64,000 nucleotides of DNA, from contig CAZIQF010000002.1 of NCBI GenBank assembly GCA_964541525.1, positions 1,775 to 65,774 on the forward strand. The letters are read 5' to 3'. Source of the stretch: an uncultured Staphylococcaceae bacterium. GTDB lineage: Bacteria; Bacillota_I; Bacilli_A; ML615J-28; CAG-313. The notes below the pieces were generated by a model, which saw only the letters and a list, made by a program, of their open reading frames with translations, was not told the origin of the DNA and did no database searches. Below, one piece after another: positions 40,765-49,536 of the stretch (positions are counted from its first letter, which is position 1; every line of letters begins with the position of its first letter). Both the position numbers and the translations under genes were made by a program.

Positions 40765-41313
40765 TTAAAAATCATTTATTATTTCTAATATTTTTTTCAT
40801 TGTATTAGCAGTTCTGATTGTAATTTGATTGCAAATCGCTTTGTTTGCAGTTTTTATCCACCAATTTGATTTACGATAGTTATTGATATCATAAGACCAA
40901 AAAATAATATTATTATATTCAGCAATTTGATCAATATGTATTTTAGGTTCACCGACAATTTTAATCACTTCAGATGATGTTGTTGGCGAAATCGGAAAAA
41001 TAATATTATCGTAGATTTCTTTGTTACAAGTTCCCCACCAAACTGGATGATGATCAATGATATTTTCAAGTTCAGAAGCAGTTAGAACATAAATTGGTAG
41101 GTCTAAATGGAATTGTTCAGCAATTAACGAACGAATATTGGTTATAATTAGTGATTTATCAAAAGTATCACTTTCAAAAATAATATTTCCACTATTTAGA
41201 TGGGTTTTGATGTTTTCATAATTAAATCTTTTTAATGCATTTTTTAATTCATTCATAGCTATTTTATTTTTGCCACTAATATTAATTCCTCTTAATAATG
41301 CAATGTATTTCAT
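40765..41313 (-). CDS. DUF1697-family protein
   Basis: N-terminus MKYIALLRGINISGKNKI matches the conserved DUF1697 start. Confidence 0.6.
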   Translation of the reverse strand: MKYIALLRGINISGKNKIAMNELKNALKRFNYENIKTHLNSGNIIFESDTFDKSLIITNIRSLIAEQFHLDLPIYVLTASELENIIDHHPVWWGTCNKEIYDNIIFPISPTTSSEVIKIVGEPKIHIDQIAEYNNIIFWSYDINNYRKSNWWIKTANKAICNQITIRTANTMKKILEIINDF

Positions 41314-41440
41314 ATTTTCACCTTATAAATAAATTATTTGTTTAATTTTTATAAAATAAAAGGGCTTTAATCAACAAATACTTCAATATAACTTATTGTT
41401 TTCGTTTGATCAACATCTGTTACTCCATAATAGGAACCTT

Positions 41441-41730
41441 TGTACCAAAGAATAAAACTTTTATCGTTACTTTCTATCCGTTATAAAATTTGAAGATTAT
41501 TCTCTATTTATTTTTATCATAGTAAGCTTTATGAATAGTGATTAGCATGAGGCATCACTCTCGAATAGTTCTACTGGTTTTTATTTTCAATCAAAATCTA
41601 AAAACTGCATCACGTTTGAATCCTTGATTTGTGATGAAAAAACCTCAATCATGCTTGTTTTCCTTCATAATCAACAAAAAAGGCCTGAATGTGGCATCAA
41701 AACTATCGTTTCAATATGTATTGCACTAAT
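41441..41730 (-). repeat. Copy 1 of a duplicated roughly 150-300-bp segment carrying a gene 3-prime remnant plus a degenerate REP-like element
   Basis: Minus strand encodes ...KPVELFESDASC*SLFI... with stops. About 75% identical to 42180-42320. Confidence 0.45.
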
Positions 41731-41803
41731 ATTCTAATACAAAACTACCCCCTAGATAAATGAAGACACCCTTGATTTTGACTAGCACATTATAAATTGG
41801 AGT

Positions 41804-42109
41804 TTATTTCATTTTGTATTCATCTAAATTAACTTTATAATTGATAACAGTTATTCCGTCTTTTTCTAACTTTTCTTTTTGCTTTTCTATACCTCCAAAT
41901 GCAAATTTCTTTGATAAATTCCCTTTGCAATCGACTACTTTATAGCACGGATATTTTGTTTCATCTGGATTATTATGAAGAATATTGCCAACAACTCTTG
42001 CTAACTTTTTATTTCCCAAATATTCTGCAATTTGTCCGTAAGTTACCAATTTACATTTTGGAATTGTTTTCAAAAAATCATATACTTTTTCTTTCATCAT
42101 ATCCCTCAT
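41804..42109 (-). CDS. MGMT-family (6-O-methylguanine-DNA methyltransferase DNA-binding domain) protein
   Basis: 101 aa. PCYKVV motif (active-site PCHRV equivalent) and an HTH region. Confidence 0.65.
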   Translation of the reverse strand: MRDMMKEKVYDFLKTIPKCKLVTYGQIAEYLGNKKLARVVGNILHNNPDETKYPCYKVVDCKGNLSKKFAFGGIEKQKEKLEKDGITVINYKVNLDEYKMK

Positions 42110-42169
42110 AAATTCTAATTTTCTTTAGATAGATTATACCACGATATGCTTATAATAGCAAAAGAAGAA

Positions 42170-42640
42170 CCCTACTTTATTCAGCTTCTATCGTTACTTT
42201 ATATCCGTTATAAAATTTGAAGGTTATGCTCTTATCTTTATTTAATATAACGACTTCTACAAATAGCGACCAGCAGGTATCATCCCACTCAGATAATTCT
42301 ACTGGTTTTTCTTTTAACCCTTTAACTTGTATTTAAAGAACTTTGAATTTGGATATTCTATTATTTTTATTACTTGAAAATAATAATTAATTATAATTTA
42401 GAAAACGCATTTATTATCCGCCTCACGTTTGAAGTTGCAAAAGCCGAATCGTTTTCTAGTTCTAGTAATCGTTTTTTGTTATATGAGCAATTCCTGCTTA
42501 AAATAAATAACAAGAACCTTTGAAACCTTTAATTTCTATAAAAAAGTATCAAAAATTCTTATTTTTCTCTATAAATAGCAAAAAAGGACTGATATTTTTT
42601 GTATCAATCCTATTGTTTCAATATGTGTGGAAATACCTAT
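42170..42640 (-). repeat. Copy 2 of the duplicated segment, with an about 46-codon start-less C-terminal ORF remnant and a REP-like terminator
   Basis: Minus strand encodes KEKPVELSEWDDTCWSLFVEVVILNKDKSITFKFYNGYKVTIEAE* with no start codon. Ends in hairpin GGACTGATA-ttttttg-TATCAATCC and tail tattgtttcaatatgtgtgg. Confidence 0.45.
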
Positions 42641-42652
42641 TTTGATACAATT

Positions 42653-42700
42653 TGCGTACACCTATTAAAAAGTGCGTACAGTTGCGAAAAAATGCGTACA
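42653..42700. repeat. 3 x TGCGTACA direct repeats with exact 20-bp period
   Basis: tTGCGTACAcc, gTGCGTACAGtt and aTGCGTACAGtt begin at 42653, 42673 and 42693. They lie between the chrA stop and its terminator hairpin. Confidence 0.6.
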
Positions 42701-42732
42701 GTTAAACTCACCGATAAATTGAAATTTGTTTA

Positions 42733-43314
42733 TCAAAATCTTAATAATGAATACATCAGCATACCAAGACCTGCCGATATTAGTATCATCAGTATCGGAG
42801 TTGGTTTTTTCTTAAATGCAAGCTTTGCTACGATACTGATTAATATCAATATGGCGAATATGATAATGCCATTAAAATCTATGGCAAGTGTATCTCCTAT
42901 ACCACTGAATCCGATTGCCGTACTCATAAACATCGTGATTGCCGTTGCGAGTATCAAGCCAACAACACACGGACGGATACCGCTGAGAAACGCTTTTACT
43001 CCCGCATATTTCATAAAGTTGCGTATCAGGGCTGCAATTATGAGAATGATAATAAATGACGGCAATACCACACCCAGCGTAGCAAGGATCGCACCGAGAA
43101 AACCGCCTTGTGACGAGCCAACGAAGGTCGCCATATTAACCGCGATCGGTCCGGGAGTGGATTCAGCTACGGCAAGCATATTGAGCATTTCTTCCTCGGT
43201 AAGCCAACCGTACATCAAAACTTTTTCTCGTATCAGCGAAATCATTCCGTATCCGCCGCCAAAGGAGAATGCACCGATCTGAAGGAAGGTTAAGAACAAT
43301 TCAAGATAGATCAT
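42733..43314 (-). CDS. chrA: Chromate transporter ChrA, short-chain half (C-terminal partner)
   Basis: 193 aa with 5-6 TMs. FGGGYGMISL motif of CHR family. Overlaps the partner gene. Confidence 0.75.
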   Translation of the reverse strand: MIYLELFLTFLQIGAFSFGGGYGMISLIREKVLMYGWLTEEEMLNMLAVAESTPGPIAVNMATFVGSSQGGFLGAILATLGVVLPSFIIILIIAALIRNFMKYAGVKAFLSGIRPCVVGLILATAITMFMSTAIGFSGIGDTLAIDFNGIIIFAILILISIVAKLAFKKKPTPILMILISAGLGMLMYSLLRF

Positions 43315-43900
43315 GTTTTTTCTCCTTCCTGATCTTGCCGAGGAGATATACCACTACGCCGCAGATCCCACTAATCAGTATGTAAAATATTGTTGAAAAC
43401 TTCACCGCGAACAACGAAAACACGATCATACAGATAAGTGTTATCGAAATAATGATCATGTTAAATGTGGTTTTCTTCATCTGCTTCAGCATCTTCAGTC
43501 CTGCTGTAAGGATTAGATATACCACACATATCTGAATCCCTTTGAAAGCGTACGCAACCAATGTAAATGAAAGAAAGGCATCAAAAAACAGCGATATAGC
43601 ATAGATAATAACAAAAGACGGAATACAAATGCCAAGCGTAGCAATCATTGAGCCGATCATTCCAGAATTTTTGTATCCTATGTAAGTTGCTGCATTAATG
43701 GCAATAGGACCGGGCGTGGATTCGGCAATCGCCGCAACATTCAAAAATTCATCTTTTTCAAGCCATTTCTTTTTTTCTACGAACTCATTTTCAAGCAGAG
43801 CGATCATGGCATATCCACCGCCAAAGGTGAACAATCCTATTTTCAGCATTGTCAAAAAGAGTGAGAGGTAGCCTTTTACTTTCTTCATAAGAGTCTCCAT
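43301..43900 (-). CDS. chrA: Chromate transporter ChrA, short-chain half (N-terminal partner)
   Basis: 199 aa. FTFGGGYAMIALL and ESTPGPIAINAATYIGY motifs. Confidence 0.75.
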   Translation of the reverse strand: METLMKKVKGYLSLFLTMLKIGLFTFGGGYAMIALLENEFVEKKKWLEKDEFLNVAAIAESTPGPIAINAATYIGYKNSGMIGSMIATLGICIPSFVIIYAISLFFDAFLSFTLVAYAFKGIQICVVYLILTAGLKMLKQMKKTTFNMIIISITLICMIVFSLFAVKFSTIFYILISGICGVVVYLLGKIRKEKKHDLS

Positions 43901-43996
43901 TTATCTAACTTACAAATTCTAATTTATCGTTTAGTTTATTATAGCACAAAAAACACATTTTTTCATTATATTCACCTGCCATATAACGAAAAAACT

Positions 43997-44046
43997 TTTC
44001 GTTCCGTTAATAAGGCTTTCGTTCCGCAGTACTACCTTTCGTTCCG
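43997..44046. repeat. 3 x TTTCGTTCCG direct repeats with 20-bp period upstream of chrA pair
   Basis: cTTTTCGTTCCGttaa, gCTTTCGTTCCGcagt and cCTTTCGTTCCGtaga begin at 43997, 44017 and 44037. They lie 100-150 bp upstream of the chrA start (minus strand). Confidence 0.6.
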
Positions 44047-44152
44047 TAGATATAACATATAAAGAAAAAGAGCCCTTCAAAAGTGCTGTTTAACACTCTC
44101 ACAAGGCTCTGCTGTTTACTTACAAAAAGGAACTAACTCCCTTTATGCAAAG

Positions 44153-44183
44153 AAAAAAAGGTTCAATACTTTTGTATCAAACC
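44153..44183 (-). terminator. REP-like hairpin terminator downstream of NUDIX gene
   Basis: AAAAAAA-GGTTCAATAC-ttt-TGTATCAAACC. Confidence 0.55.
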
Positions 44184-44189
44184 TTTGCT

Positions 44190-44340
44190 TTTCTTATGGC
44201 AACGTTACACAAATTTAATACAATTGCATACCCCTGCACTAAATCTGCATACCCTTAGGTTATTTTTGCATACCCTAAGAGCAAAAATGCATACCCTAGA
44301 GGCGTTTTGCATACCCCTATTTCTAAACGATAAATAGGAA
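44190..44340. repeat. 3-prime module A (ATGGCAACGTTAC box plus 5 x TGCATACCC at 21-bp period)
   Basis: ttatGGCAACGTTACacaaatttaatacaaTTGCATACCCC, then TGCATACCC copies at 44246, 44267, 44288 and 44308. Confidence 0.6.
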
Positions 44341-44345
44341 TTTAT

Positions 44346-44819
44346 TTATCTTAATATTCCTAATTTAATTTTGTTATCTAATTCCCATAATGCGGTCTTA
44401 TTGCTATCGTATCTAAGTCTTTTTAATGCGGTTTCATAATCAACCCATTCATATTCTGTATGTTCATGAGACAATTTTAGAATTTTGTTATCTATCTTAA
44501 CAGCAAATGAGTATTCTGGAATCACCAAACAATCTTCACCCCATATTTGTCTTGCTTCTTTAAAGCAGTATGTTGGTATGCTACTTTGAGTATCAAGAGA
44601 AACATATTTACAGTCCTTATCTATATTTGCTTCTTCATATGCTTCTCGTTTTGCGGAAGTTAACACTGTCTCATCTTCATCTTCACCACCACCCGCAATA
44701 AATTGCCAAGCATCCATATCACTTCTTTTAAAAATACAATATTTTATATTTTTCTTTTCGACATAATATGGAATAACTAATACTTGATATTTTGCTCTTG
44801 CCATTTTGTTTCCTCCCAA
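44346..44819 (-). CDS. NUDIX hydrolase
   Basis: Nudix box GGGEDEDETVLTSAKREAYEEANI. 157 aa. Confidence 0.6.
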   Translation of the reverse strand: MGGNKMARAKYQVLVIPYYVEKKNIKYCIFKRSDMDAWQFIAGGGEDEDETVLTSAKREAYEEANIDKDCKYVSLDTQSSIPTYCFKEARQIWGEDCLVIPEYSFAVKIDNKILKLSHEHTEYEWVDYETALKRLRYDSNKTALWELDNKIKLGILR

Positions 44820-44827
44820 ACTCTAAT

Positions 44828-46153
44828 TTATTTATTAACCTTCCAATATCCTCGAGTACCACCAATTCTCTCAATAATTCCTTTTTTCTTTAATTCAGCT
44901 ATAATTCTTTGAACAGATCTTGAACTTTTATTTATCAATTTACTTATTGTTTCTGATGAATAATTAGGATTAGCTTTAATAATATTTATGACCATTTCTT
45001 CATCTACTGATAAATTGACATTTACGACACTATTTGCGACACTATTTATGACATTTCTCTTAAATATAAAGGTAAAACCTTCTCTACCAGTTACATAATT
45101 AATATTAATTTTATTTTTTTCACATTCACTATATACTCTTTTTAGACCACTGCTATAAGACTCTACATCTTCTGATAAGAATAAAGTCTTTAAAATTAAC
45201 GGATTTCTCACTTTAGAAGGAATATTTTCATATACAAAGTCTTCGGGTTTATATCCTATTGGAAATTCTCCAGGATTATAAATTCTAATCATACTCGGAT
45301 GAATAGTTATTTCATGTTCAGTATTTGAATTATATCTAGCATGAGCAAAACTATTACAAATGATTTCTCGCAAAGCTTTTAATGGAATTTCGGGAGTTTC
45401 AACTCTATCAAATCCAGCAATTTCTGCTTTCCATAAAATATTTCTTTTAATGTATGTGTATGCTTCGTCAATTAAATCAAATATGTTTCCACTTATCCTA
45501 TTTATATCTAAAAATGTCAGTTTCTCATCAGTAGCAAAAACAGCCATTTTTAAAACTATTGGCTCATTTTTTGAAAATAAATAATATCCAGCATTAGTTA
45601 ACTTACCATTTTTAAATAAACCAATTTTTGAAAGCAATCTTTTTGGTTCAAAATCATCATCTTTTATTCTCCCACATGATATTGATCTTTTATAAAACCT
45701 TTCTAAAGATTTAATGTCTATATCATCTATACTGTGGTTTGATAATTGAGAATCCCAACTTTCTTGTTTATTATATTCAAACAATTGTCTAAGTTCATGA
45801 GGCTCAAGAATTCTATCCTCATCAGCTATACGAATATAATACACTCCCTTTGCTGAATATGGTCTATCACTACCTTTAAAAGATACTTCAATTATTTCCT
45901 TATCATCTATTATTCTTTTTTCTATAGTGGGGACAATTTGAGGAACAATTGTTTCATAAATCTTTCTTGAAATATCTCTTAATGTTGATTCAGTAATCAT
46001 TTGCCCTTTTGGCTCTCCATTTGGTAAAACACCAAAATAAATAGTACCATACCCGTGTTTATTAAGCATTGCACAAATTGATTGTATAGCTTCATTAATT
46101 TCTCCAGTTGTTTTTTTGAATTCCAATGTCTCATCTTCAATACCAAAGTTCAT
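44828..46153 (-). CDS. Schlafen-like AlbA_2 domain / divergent ATPase / C-terminal wHTH protein (COG2865 family)
   Basis: N-terminus E.LEFK....GEINEAIQSICAMLNKHGYGTIYFGV.PNGEPKG (AlbA_2/Schlafen core). Central HATPase_c_4-like region. C-terminal HTH ISKLINKSSRSVQRIIAELKKKGIIERIGGTRGYWKV. Confidence 0.6.
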   Translation of the reverse strand: MNFGIEDETLEFKKTTGEINEAIQSICAMLNKHGYGTIYFGVLPNGEPKGQMITESTLRDISRKIYETIVPQIVPTIEKRIIDDKEIIEVSFKGSDRPYSAKGVYYIRIADEDRILEPHELRQLFEYNKQESWDSQLSNHSIDDIDIKSLERFYKRSISCGRIKDDDFEPKRLLSKIGLFKNGKLTNAGYYLFSKNEPIVLKMAVFATDEKLTFLDINRISGNIFDLIDEAYTYIKRNILWKAEIAGFDRVETPEIPLKALREIICNSFAHARYNSNTEHEITIHPSMIRIYNPGEFPIGYKPEDFVYENIPSKVRNPLILKTLFLSEDVESYSSGLKRVYSECEKNKININYVTGREGFTFIFKRNVINSVANSVVNVNLSVDEEMVINIIKANPNYSSETISKLINKSSRSVQRIIAELKKKGIIERIGGTRGYWKVNK

Positions 46154-46212
46154 AAACTGACCTCCTAATCTATAACTATTATATCAAAATTAATAATATA
46201 TGTCAAGGATTA

Positions 46213-46243
46213 TGTCGTAAATATAATGTCGTATATTGTCGTA
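46213..46243. repeat. 3 x TGTCGTA direct repeats upstream of the Schlafen-like gene
   Basis: aTGTCGTAaatataaTGTCGTAtatTGTCGTAtaaa, located 60-90 bp upstream of the start at 46153 (minus strand). Confidence 0.45.
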
Positions 46244-46470
46244 TAAAGGTTGAAATAATCACAAAAAATACCTAACGTTTTTTTATACCCCTATCTTTTT
46301 TTAGAAGCACCTTTCATTTTTTAATGGATCTTTCGTTTTTGAGAAAATTTATCTATAGAAAAAAATCCTAAGATTGAAGTTTTAATTTTGCCTAATAGCT
46401 CAGGATTTTGTGTTAATATGGTTCATTTAATTATCAATTACGGGACTTCAACCCCCCATATCAAGATATA

Positions 46471-46508
46471 AAAAAGCTTTGAAACAGCATTTCTACTGTA
46501 TCAAAGCA
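46471..46508 (-). terminator. REP-like hairpin terminator
   Basis: AAAAAA-GCTTTGAAACAGCAtttctaCTGTATCAAAGC. Confidence 0.5.
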
Positions 46509-46630
46509 CTTTCTTCTTTAATGGCAACGTTACTCAATTTTAATACAATTGCATACCCTTAGCCTTGTAATCGTTAAAAAGTTAAATATTTTGCATATCC
46601 TAAAGGCGTTTTGCATACCCTAATATTAAT
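46509..46630. repeat. 3-prime module B (ATGGCAACGTTAC box, TTGCATACCCTTAGCCTTGTAATCGTTAAA, 2 more TGCATA(C/T)CC)
   Basis: About 85% identical to module C at 48951-49053. Confidence 0.6.
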
Positions 46631-47245
46631 TTAAATTGAATTACCGAAAACTTCATTATTAACTTCAATATCATTTTTTATCACAGAAGCTAATAATTCC
46701 CAATTGTAACAATATTTACTATCTATTTGTTGTCCTTTTCTGATATATGTTTGATTATTAGAGAATTCTTTTGTTATTGTTATATACCAATCTTGACGTT
46801 GTACTAAATTCATAAAATTAATACAAATATTTTCATTATAAAAAGAATAGCAATTAAATGGGCCATAGAACCATAATTTACCATTTTCATCTTTCATGTC
46901 TCCAATTTCTACTTTATCAAACTTAAATCCATAATCTTTAACTAAAAAACTAAAATGTTCCATTATAGAATATGATTCATCACAAATTATTTTTTTAGTT
47001 ATATTTTCACCCCAAACATAAGTATCAAAACCATCAACCCAAAATGTTTTGTCTAATAACTTTGGCTTTACAAAACTAAAAAACTTTTTAACAAAAAAAC
47101 CGTTTTTTGTATCTATAAATCCATCTTTAAGTTCTAATTCTTTAATAGCTTTATTTGCATTTTCTAAAGAACTATAGATTCCAATATCCTTTTTTTCAAT
47201 GTGATCAATAAGTTTATATTTATGTGTAACTTTATAATAAAACAT
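46631..47245 (-). CDS. Hypothetical cytoplasmic protein (204 aa)
   Basis: No TM and no known motif. Immediately downstream of the 478-aa gene (16-bp gap), so probably co-transcribed. Confidence 0.35.
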   Translation of the reverse strand: MFYYKVTHKYKLIDHIEKKDIGIYSSLENANKAIKELELKDGFIDTKNGFFVKKFFSFVKPKLLDKTFWVDGFDTYVWGENITKKIICDESYSIMEHFSFLVKDYGFKFDKVEIGDMKDENGKLWFYGPFNCYSFYNENICINFMNLVQRQDWYITITKEFSNNQTYIRKGQQIDSKYCYNWELLASVIKNDIEVNNEVFGNSI

Positions 47246-47260
47246 ACATATTTTCTCCTT

Positions 47261-48697
47261 TTAATTTAATTTCTCCTTTATCAATTCATAGATTTTCTTA
47301 TCATTTTTTGATTTATGTAAAGTATATTTTTTATTATTTACATAGAAAGAAATTTTATCATCAAATGATAAATTAGAAATGCCTTCAAAATTAGTTTCTA
47401 TAGAACGATAGCCGTTAACATATAATATTCCTTTTTCTCTAATCTCAAAACAAGAATCGAATGAAGAATTTTTTGATAATAATTCTTTTATAATTACAAT
47501 CAATGTGATAAGTAAAGTGACTACTGGGATTCCTATACCAAATATTAAATAGAATGCCCATTTCATTTCAGGATTTAATAGTTGAATAATTAGACATAAA
47601 ATATTCCATCCAAGTGCTGCAATCATTATATATTTAATCATATTTAGTAAACAATAAATTCTACTATATTTCTGACTAAATACTAATTCTCCTAATCTTT
47701 CTTCAATCGGAACTCCAAAATAATCACACCAATGGAAATCATCAAAATATAAATTATGTAGTTCACATTTATTTTTAAACTCATTGACTTTATTAAGCAA
47801 TAAAGTTATTTTTTTATTTTCTTTATTAGATATATTATACGAGTAAAAACTTAAAACATAATTTTCTAATAAGATAAAGCATTTTATCATATCATTATCG
47901 TTATCAATATATCCAATAACATTTCTTTCTTTTAAATCTAAAAAATCATTATGAATATCTCTATAAGAAATAGAATAATCAATATTATTTAATTTTAAAT
48001 CTATCCCGTCATCATTAATACTGTAATCAAAATTTTTTAATACTGTTTGTTTTTCAAAAAGGAAATTTAATGACATTTTATTAACTTTTAAAATTCTTTC
48101 TTCATTATATTTAGGTGAATCAAAATTAAATTCTATATATTGTTCTTTTTCATCAATTCTCATGTCACAATGAAAAAAAGTATCACCAACACTTAATGTA
48201 TTTTCTATTATTCCACTACATTTTAAAATAACAAGTGATCCCCATGTTGTATCAACCAATATTTCAAGTATATTACCATTTTGTTTCATTGCTAAAATAT
48301 ATGCATCGTGAAATGAGCTTGTATTAAATTCTAAAACTTCTAAACTTTTAGTTGTTTTAATATCAATATATTTAGAATCGTTAAAATTATTCGCAATATT
48401 TATTGTTTCATTTAACATGTCTAAAGTATATTTTTTACTCTTTACAATTTTAAAAATGTTTCGTTTATTCCAATATGATTTAAAATTATTTTCTACTATT
48501 GCAAAGTTGCCATGACTATAATCTATTAATAAAAATTGATTACTTGAATTACTCTTATACAAATCAATAACTATTAGTTTAGAATAATCAGCATTTAAAA
48601 CTACAGCTTTACTGCTCCATCCAGACAATGAAAGAGCCATAACTGGAGAAATATATACTTCATTTTCTGTCATTATTTTAGCAAACATAATAATCAC
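47261..48697 (-). CDS. Hypothetical protein, N-terminal soluble domain plus C-terminal 2-TM / bacterial PH (DUF304-like) module
   Basis: 478 aa. C-terminus MIAALGWNILCLIIQLL ... AFYLIFGIGIPVVTLLITLIVII followed by a PH-like segment (ILYVNGYRSIETNFEGISNLSFDD). Confidence 0.35.
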   Translation of the reverse strand: MIIMFAKIMTENEVYISPVMALSLSGWSSKAVVLNADYSKLIVIDLYKSNSSNQFLLIDYSHGNFAIVENNFKSYWNKRNIFKIVKSKKYTLDMLNETINIANNFNDSKYIDIKTTKSLEVLEFNTSSFHDAYILAMKQNGNILEILVDTTWGSLVILKCSGIIENTLSVGDTFFHCDMRIDEKEQYIEFNFDSPKYNEERILKVNKMSLNFLFEKQTVLKNFDYSINDDGIDLKLNNIDYSISYRDIHNDFLDLKERNVIGYIDNDNDMIKCFILLENYVLSFYSYNISNKENKKITLLLNKVNEFKNKCELHNLYFDDFHWCDYFGVPIEERLGELVFSQKYSRIYCLLNMIKYIMIAALGWNILCLIIQLLNPEMKWAFYLIFGIGIPVVTLLITLIVIIKELLSKNSSFDSCFEIREKGILYVNGYRSIETNFEGISNLSFDDKISFYVNNKKYTLHKSKNDKKIYELIKEKLN

Positions 48698-48737
48698 AAC
48701 TCCTTTGTAATATTATACCATACATTGTTAATTATTC

Positions 48738-48835
48738 ATAATAATTAGTAATCGTTAAATTGTTTAGTAATCGTTAAAAGGTTAAATCTTGCATACCCTT
48801 TTAATGTAATCGTTAAAAGGTTGATACTTCGCACG
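48738..48835. repeat. 5-prime module D (3 x AACGATTAC/TAATCGTTAAA boxes plus one TTGCATACCC) upstream of the 478-aa gene
   Basis: ttagTAATCGTTAAAttgtttagTAATCGTTAAAaggttaaatcTTGCATACCCttttaatgTAATCGTTAAAaggttgatacttcgcacg. Confidence 0.6.
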
Positions 48836-48923
48836 TGTTCTCTTACGCCTAGAAAAAGAAAAAAGCCCACTGAAGGACTAATAATTGCTTAACGGTGAGA
48901 CTTGTACCCTAGCAAAATAAAGA

Positions 48924-48950
48924 AAAAAGCCGATACTTCATTGTATCGAC
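48924..48950 (-). terminator. REP-like hairpin terminator
   Basis: AAAAAA-GCCGATAC-ttcattg-TATCGAC. Confidence 0.4.
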
Positions 48951-49053
48951 TATCATTAACGATAATGGCAACGTTACGCAATTTTAATACAATTGCATAC
49001 CCTTAGCCTTGTAATCGTTAAATTGTTGCTTTTTGCATACCCTAAAATATCTA
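48951..49053. repeat. 3-prime module C (ATGGCAACGTTAC box plus TTGCATACCC x 2)
   Basis: taATGGCAACGTTACgcaattttaatacaaTTGCATACCCTTAGCCTTGTAATCGTTAAAttgttgctttTTGCATACCCTAAAA. Confidence 0.6.
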
Positions 49054-49503
49054 TTATTTTATCACTTTGGAATAGTTATCATAATATAAAATATTTGCTT
49101 TTAAATTTTCTATAATATATTCTTCTATCTCTTTAGAATAAGATATTAAATTATGTATATTTTTTCTTTTTATTATTATATTGTTAGCTTTAAATTTATT
49201 TTTTAAAGCTTTTTGTGAAGGAATTAAAATTTCATTAATTTCAGATAATTCAATAACTATATTATTGCTTTTATGATTTATTAGAATAATTTGATCTGAT
49301 TTAAATTCTATAAAAGAATTTTTTAAAGTATAAGAAATATAAAAATATAAAGGGATTATAAAAGCTGATACAGAACCAAATTGAATTGATAATACCTCAT
49401 TCGTAAAAAGGTAAATTACAAGAAAGATAATAAATAATACCAAAAAAAATATTGCCGCAATCTTAAATATTTTTTCATCTTTTGCATTTCTTCTAAACTT
49501 CAT
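49054..49503 (-). CDS. Membrane-anchored bacterial PH-domain protein (YdbS/DUF304-like)
   Basis: 149 aa. Two N-terminal TM helices followed by a PH-like domain. Confidence 0.4.
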   Translation of the reverse strand: MKFRRNAKDEKIFKIAAIFFLVLFIIFLVIYLFTNEVLSIQFGSVSAFIIPLYFYISYTLKNSFIEFKSDQIILINHKSNNIVIELSEINEILIPSQKALKNKFKANNIIIKRKNIHNLISYSKEIEEYIIENLKANILYYDNYSKVIK

Positions 49504-49536
49504 TTTTTTCTCCTTACTTTTTTATAAAATTCTAAT

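Noticed and set aside
42599-43282. 227-aa plus-strand ORF
   Set aside because: It lies antisense inside the chrA half-gene (42733-43314) and has low-complexity composition. It is a shadow ORF.
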